A stretch of 24,795 bases of DNA, from positions 1 to 24,795 of the forward strand of contig NEEC01000156.1 of assembly GCA_002189035.1 (NCBI GenBank). Direction: 5' to 3'. Within the stretch, counting starts at the first letter, position 1, and each line of letters begins with the position of its first letter. Under the pieces are notes generated by a model. The model saw only the letters and a list, made by a program, of their open reading frames with translations, was not told the DNA's origin and did not search any database. Of the stretch, positions 18,806 to 24,795 are shown piece after piece. This stretch comes from Utricularia gibba (lineage: Eukaryota; Plantae; Magnoliophyta). Made by a program: the position numbers and the translations under genes.

Positions 18806-21520
18806 ATGGATGCTGCCGATCTCGATGTAGCTGAAGTATCCCCGACGGACGGTACATTCGGGTAAAAACTCGTTCTTTTGTTTCCTTGCAATTTTCAACT
18901 CCTGTTCTCGAAATTCCGGATGCATAATTTGAAGCGTTGGGTCCATAATGCTTTTTTCTCAGACTTGATTAGCTTTCTGCCTTTTTTCTTTAGATCCCGT
19001 GAATTGAAAAGGGGTTTTTAATAACTTCCGTTCTTTTGTGGGGTAGATAAGATGCCTATGGAAAAACATGAGGTTGTCATAATTTAAGAATTAATCTCAC
19101 TGCTTCCATATCATTTTTCATCTTCGAGCATTGCTGCAGAATTGCATTTTAGCTATTCGTTTACAGAATTTTGTCAGCCGTGTAGATCATCCTGAAGTTT
19201 TATGTGTTCCAAACTGGAAAATGTTTCCTTGAAAAAAGAAGGCCCTTGATTGATAATATTTCCCATATGAGTTATCAAATGCTTGTAATAGCAACTCTAT
19301 TTACTCAGCTTTTTTCAGTCCTTCCCTCTTTAGATTCTTTTACCATTTTGTTTCCTTCCTTCAGTACAATGAAATGCTGGGGAGAGGAGCATTCAAGAAT
19401 GTGTATGCCTCTTAGACTATCTTCTGCATTTTTTCATTTAATTTATTTTTCACTTATTTTAGAATCTTTATAGGTTGCAATATTGTAAGTTTAGCATATT
19501 TCCTTATACCACTTTTGTTTTTCAGTTACAAGGGATTTGATGAAATTGATGGAATAGAAGTTGCGTGGAGTCAAGTGAGTATTGAGGATGCGCTGCAATC
19601 ACCTGAACACCTGGAACGGTTATATTCTGAGGTTCATCTCCTAAGAACACTGAAACATGAGAATGTAATTAGGTCATATGGTTCCTGGGTGGATGATGAA
19701 AACAAAACTATAAACTTGATCACAGAACTCTTCACTTCAGGGAACCTGAGACAGTGAGTCTTCTTTTATTGCCTCATGCTACTTTTCTTCACTAGTTTTT
19801 CTATACTTTATCCTGAACTTGTTTGACGTTTATTTTTTGATAAGGTACCGGAACAAGCATAAGAGTGTTGATATGCGGGCCGTCAAGAATTGGGCCAAGC
19901 AAATTCTTCACGGCTTAGATTATTTGCATACTCACAATCCTCCTATTATTCATAGAGACTTGAAATGTGACAACATTTTTGTCAATGGAAACCATGGGGA
20001 AGTTAAAATTGGTGATCTTGGGCTGGCAACAATAATGCAGAAACCTACTGCAAGAAGTGTTATCGGTAACTTTTTCGTTTGCTAGATATTTGTTTCGTCT
20101 TTCCCTCATCGGGTCTTTTACATCGTTGGAGTTACTTTGTAACCTTAGGTACACCTGAGTTCATGGCCCCAGAGCTGTATGACGAGGAATACAATGAGCT
20201 GGCAGATGTTTATTCTTTTGGTATGTGTATGCTAGAGTTGGTTAGTTGTGAATGCCCATACAGTGAATGCAAAAAACCAAGCGCAAATTTACAAGAAAGT
20301 TACATCAGTAAGTTATTGCACTTGCTTCAGAAGTGTTTAATAGTTAGTGATGCTTTTCCTTTTTTTTTTCAAATCATAGGGTATTAAACCAGTTGCCCTC
20401 GGAAGAATTAAGAATCCAGAAGTTAGACAGTTCATAGAAAAATGTTTGCTCCCTGCATCTCAGAGGCCTAGTGCTAACGAGCTCTTGAAGTCTCCATTCC
20501 TTGTGTCTGAATATCGGAATGGTTACACTAGTGACCCTCTAGACTCAACTGGGATCATTCCAAAGACGTTAACTGTAAAATATGACACACATTTGATGGA
20601 AGTAGATGGTTCTTGCAAAATGCTATCCAGCAGCACTTTTGCTGACAGCATGAGCGAAACTTCGATATCTGTGTTTGAGGCTCAGAGAAGTAATGAGAGG
20701 AACAAGTTTACCTTAAGAGGAGAGAAGTTTGATGGTAATTCAATCTCTTTGACCCTGCGGATAGCAGACTACTCAGGTATGTTTTAATTGTATGAGAAGA
20801 AAAAATACTCCATTTTCTGTGTGTGTTGATCCGCCGCAATATTACTATTCAAATGCAGGATCAGTGAGGAACGTTCATTTCTTTTTCTATCTGAATGTTG
20901 ATACTGCTCTATCCATCGCTGCTGAGATGGTCGATACACTTGATCTTTGGAAAGATGATGCTGCTCTCATAGCTGACCTGATTGACTCCATGGTTTTGCA
21001 AAATGTCTCTCTCCAAGGGACATCGTTTGAAACCCCAACTGAATCAAAGAGGGCAGGAGAGAACACAACAACACGTGCTAATGAGAAGCCATTGGCGTGT
21101 GAAGGGGGTGGTTGTGGTTCCTATAGCATTTCCAGGGAAGCAGAAGGCATCCGTCCCACGAAGGAAATCAAGCCTACAGAATCAGTTGCTGCATCACCCC
21201 ATCTCACTGATGCCACGAAAAGCGAAGATTGGGGATTATGTCAATGCAGATTGGGCATGTCAGTAGCAAGTGAAGGCATGAAAACCTCAGGAACCTCTTG
21301 CGCTTCTTCCTGGATCACAGCAACAAGTGGCGTGAGCTTGAGCATGTCTTCCCTTTCCCTAACAGAAAAGGGTAGTGAAGTCAGTGATGATTTGAAGGTG
21401 CAACTCGATGCCATCGATACCTACTATCAGCAGCGATGCCTTGAACTTATAAAGATGCGGGAGGCAGAAATTGAGACTGCCAAGAAGAAGTGGATGATGA
21501 AGAAAATTTATGCTGTTTGA
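18806..21520 (+). CDS. WNK8: WNK (With No K) Ser/Thr kinase, WNK8/WNK10-like, 7 exons, ~586 aa after correcting two homopolymer frameshifts
   Basis: Exons 18806-18861, 19365-19402, 19526-19753, 19845-20065, 20149-20307, 20380-20776, 20859-21520, all GT-AG. Motifs: LGRGAFKNV (lysine displaced to subdomain I), [27 protein letters not shown], FxFxL autoinhibitory-like VHFFFYL, and the C-terminal coiled coil LKVQLDAID...KKKWM. Frameshifts: -1 at 18840-18843 and +1 at 20271-20280. The paralogue number is tentative. Confidence 0.85.
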
Positions 21521-21887
21521 TTGATTCAATTGTAATTCACACGTTGCGCTTTTTTTTTATGCAGCGCCTTAGTTCGTTTATCATTCCCTTCTGCTGTGAA
21601 TTCCTCATTCACGTGCCATGTATCTAACAGTCAGCTTTCATCTAAAGGTCTCTGGGGTTTGTCCCGAACCAGTTAAAGTTCCCACAGTGAATTGAATCTT
21701 GCAGTTGATTCCATTGTAATGACATTGAAATGGAGTAGATGTCGTGATTCCGTCCCCACTTCAACAGAATCTGTTGAATTCTCATCACGATTTTTGTCCG
21801 TCGATAATTCTTCCTTCTCCTTCTCTTCCTCCTCCACAAATCCCACACGCATCGTCTCCTTTGCTGCAAGTCTGGAACCAGGAGATC

Positions 21888-24655
21888 ATGGAGCACGACT
21901 TGATCACGGTGACAGCTCCTCTAAGTAACCTTCCTCAGATTCTCTTGTTTCTTGTCTGTTCGTTCGAACTGCCAACAAAACTAAGTTCGTTAATGGATTT
22001 GCAGTTTCTTCACATGGAGAAGAAGAAGATGGTGATGAAGTCTTCGAATCGGAAAACTCGCCCATCAGAGAAGTCGCCCTCACAGTTTCGACAGAAGATG
22101 ATCCATCGCTTCCGGTTCTCACCTTCAGAATGTGGTTTCTGGTACCGTCTCCTGCGTCCTCCTGTCCTTTCTCAACCAGTTCTTCTGGTACCGAAGGGAG
22201 CCCCTGTCCATCACCGCCATCTCCGCCCAGATAGCGGTGGTCCCGATCGGTCAGCTCATGGCCGCGACGATCACCGATCGTGTTTTCTTCCAAGGCACTA
22301 GATGGCAATTCACTCTCAACCCCGGACCCTTCAACGTCAAGGAACATGTTCTCATCACCATCTTCGCCAACTCCGGCGCTGGCACCGTTTACGCCATTCA
22401 CGTCGTTACGGCGGTCAAAGTTTTCTACCAGAAGCACCTCACCTTCTTCATCTCCCTCATCGTCGTCATCACGACTCAGGTTTGACAATATTCAACAAGA
22501 TAAAAATAAATCCTTTTAATTTTCGTTGCATAATTAAATAATTTGTTAAAAGCATTAAAATCGGTTGTCCTTTTACGAGTTAGTTCCCTGATAGATAAAT
22601 CTTGAATGTGGACGGTAGGTGGGGATGATTCATTGAGTTTTGGGTTGCCTGGTAGGTGCTTGGCTTCGGATGGGCTGGCATTTTTAGAAGGTACCTTGTG
22701 GAGCCCGGCAGCCATGTGGTGGCCGGCCAATCTGGTCCAAGTCTCACTATTCAGGTAACCGGCGAAATTTACTGAATCCAGTTCTGTAAGTTTCTTACAA
22801 CGAATGTAACAGGGCATTGCACGAGAAAGACGAACGGAATCCCGGCGGAGTAACGCGGACACAGTTCTTTGTAATAGCGTTCATATGCAGCTTCGGATAC
22901 TACATCTTCCGGGCTACATTTTCCAGATGCTCACCTCTCTCTCATGGGTGTGTTGGTTTTTCCCAAGTCGGTCTTAGCACAGCAGCTTGGCTCCGGGCTC
23001 AGGGGACTTGGGATTGGTGCCATTGGGCTCGATTGGTCCACTGTTTCTTCATACCTCGGTAGCCCTCTGGCTAGCCCCTGGTTCGCGACGGCTAATGTTG
23101 CTGCTGGGTTCTTCTTGGTGATGTACGTGGTGACTCCATTGAGCTACTGGCTCAATCTTTATGACGCAAAGAAGTTCCCCATATTCTCTGACGGACTCTT
23201 CACCTCCTCCGGAGAAACATACAACATTTCGAGCATCGTGGATTCGAACTTCCACCTCGATATCGAGTCGTATGATCGCCAGGGCCGTCTCCATCTCAGC
23301 ACATTTCTTCGCCATGACTTATGGTGTTGGATTTGCGGCTCTAAGCGCCACCATCGTTCATGTGATCTTGTTTCATGGAAGGTATGGTAGCAGATGGTTG
23401 ATTTGTGCGAGCTTATTTTTTCTGACATGTCACTCTGCAACTTCTTCATGGTAGGGAGATATGGGAGCAGAGCAAGTCTAGCTTCAAGGACAAAGGCATG
23501 GACATACACACAAGGTTGATGAGCCGTTACAACCAGGTGCCGGAGTGGTGGTTTTGGTGCATCATGGTGATCAACATCGCAGTCACCATCTTCGCCTGCG
23601 AATACTACAATGAACAGCTGCAACTCCCATGGTGGGGTGTTGTTCTCGCTTGCTTGATCGCGTTCGTCTTCACTCTCCCATCGGAATCATCACCGCCATC
23701 ACGAACCAGGTGACTCCATCTGCCACACACTACAATTCTTAACAAGAGTACATGATCAAACCGGATATGAATCCTGTCAGCATTTTTTCTGGTAGACTCC
23801 AGGCTTGAACATCATCACTGAGTACATAATCGGATACATCTACCCGGGATACCCTGTCGCCAACATGTGCTTCAAGGTCTATGGATACATAAGTATGACA
23901 CAAGCCATCACCTTCCTCCAAGACTTCAAGCTTGGACACTACATGAAGATACCTCCCAGGACAATGTTCATGGCTCAGGCAAGGCTCCAATGAAATCTGA
24001 AAACATTTTATCCAATATCATGACAGCACACATCCAATCTCGTAATGTAGGTTGTGGGAACGTTGATCGCCGGAGTTGTTTATCTCGGAACGGCATGGTG
24101 GCTGATAGAAACCATCCCAGACATCTGCGACAAAGCGTCCGACGTTTGGACATGCCCCGGCGACCACGTATTCTACGACGCATCCGTCATATGGGTCTAA
24201 TAGGGCCACGGAAGATCTTCGGAGATCAGGGAACGTACGGCAGTGTGAACTGGTTCTTCCTGGTGGGTGCAATAGCTCCACTGTTGGTGTGGCTGGCAAC
24301 CAGAGCCTTCCCCACCCAGCAATGGATCCGCCTGATCAACATGCCCATTTTGATCGGCGCTTGCGGCAGCATGCCCCCAGCCACGGCAGTCAACTACACG
24401 ACGTGGATCTTCGTCGGGTTCCTCTCCGGGTACGTGGTTTACAATTACCGGCCGGATCTGTGGCAACGGCACAACTACGTTTTGTCCGGAGCTCTGGATG
24501 CCGGGCTCGCCTTCATGGGCGTCATGTTGTACATGTGCTTGGGATCGGAGAACATCAGCATTGACTGGTGGGGGAACGATCTCGACGGCTGCCCATTTGC
24601 ATCGTGTCCGCAGCCCAGAGGCCTGTTGGGCGACACATGCCCGATCGTGTCTTGA
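21888..24655 (+). CDS. OPT7: Oligopeptide transporter OPT7, 7 exons, ~741 aa after correcting seven homopolymer frameshifts (frame-disrupted as written)
   Basis: Exons 21888-21924, 22005-22479, 22656-22754, 22813-23381, 23455-23709, 23796-23978 (GC donor), 24051-24655. Contains the OPT signatures [30 protein letters not shown] and [14 protein letters not shown], and follows Arabidopsis OPT7 as I recall it closely throughout. No in-frame nonsense codons remain once the indels are corrected. Confidence 0.88.
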
Positions 24656-24795
24656 ATAGGAAGGACCCTATGGGCTATCGGACTTTGGGCTATGTATTTA
24701 ATGGGGGATTAATTTCAATTTTTATGATGTAAATTATAATTTCTTTTCTTTTACTTTTTGGCTTTTGCGTGATTTATGATTAATTAAATAAGGTA

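Noticed and set aside
21744-22301. 185-aa plus-strand ORF as the OPT7 N-terminus
   Set aside because: It reads through the 5' leader and the 80-nt intron 1, then runs out of frame with the conserved ENSPIREV exon.
21904-22488. 194-aa antisense ORF, and similar ones at 23159-23623, 22476-22862 and 24197-24472
   Set aside because: These are shadows of GC3-rich OPT7 codons, which are depleted of antisense stops. The acidic, low-complexity translations mirror the sense strand.
4617-24655. ABCC + HIPP + OPT as a heavy-metal/thiol-peptide detoxification cluster
   Set aside because: The link rests only on broad family-level associations. The genes are interspersed with unrelated ones (KAO, WNK), and ABCC9 and OPT7 are not the established phytochelatin or iron members (ABCC1/2, OPT3).
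18806-24655. Calling WNK and OPT7 pseudogenes, or invoking programmed frameshifting or RNA editing
   Set aside because: All lesions are single-base homopolymer indels with intact motifs and splice sites and a positional gradient, so sequencing error is far more parsimonious. There are no slippery-site/pseudoknot contexts, and plant nuclear mRNAs have no known insertional editing.
1-24795. tRNA, rRNA, snoRNA, conserved miRNA, CRISPR array or autonomous transposon
   Set aside because: By eye I found no cloverleaf at the GTTCGA hits, no match to the conserved miRNAs I know, no spaced direct-repeat array and no transposase, RT or LTR signature. A tRNAscan/Infernal/RepeatMasker run would be needed to exclude them formally.

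Overview
Gene-dense land-plant (eudicot-like) nuclear DNA. I assembled eight protein-coding genes by hand from GT/GC-AG boundaries: DRP1E dynamin (+), an ABCC9/MRP9-type ABC transporter (+), a ~95-aa protein of unknown function with a duplicated 'R-x-x-L-I-x-I-[AS]' motif (+), ent-kaurenoic acid oxidase CYP88A/KAO (+), an NTF2/SnoaL-like-fold protein (+), a two-HMA-domain prenylated HIPP (-), a WNK kinase (+) and oligopeptide transporter OPT7 (+). About 54% of the window is coding, and most of the 50 introns are 56-160 nt, which points to a very compact genome; the species cannot be identified from the sequence alone. The main anomaly is ten single-base frameshifts, all in homopolymer runs: none in the first 15 kb, 1 in KAO, 2 in WNK and 7 in OPT7. 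This pattern most likely reflects consensus errors that worsen towards the right end rather than pseudogenisation. Other points of interest are a GC-AG intron in OPT7, a convergent gene pair with stops 79 nt apart, selectively long first introns, three micro first exons that the ORF track misses, an unexplained GC-rich ORF-bearing island at 3.8-4.1 kb, and an AT-rich island with a foldback. I found no tRNA, rRNA, CRISPR array or recognisable transposon, and no convincing novel multi-gene system.
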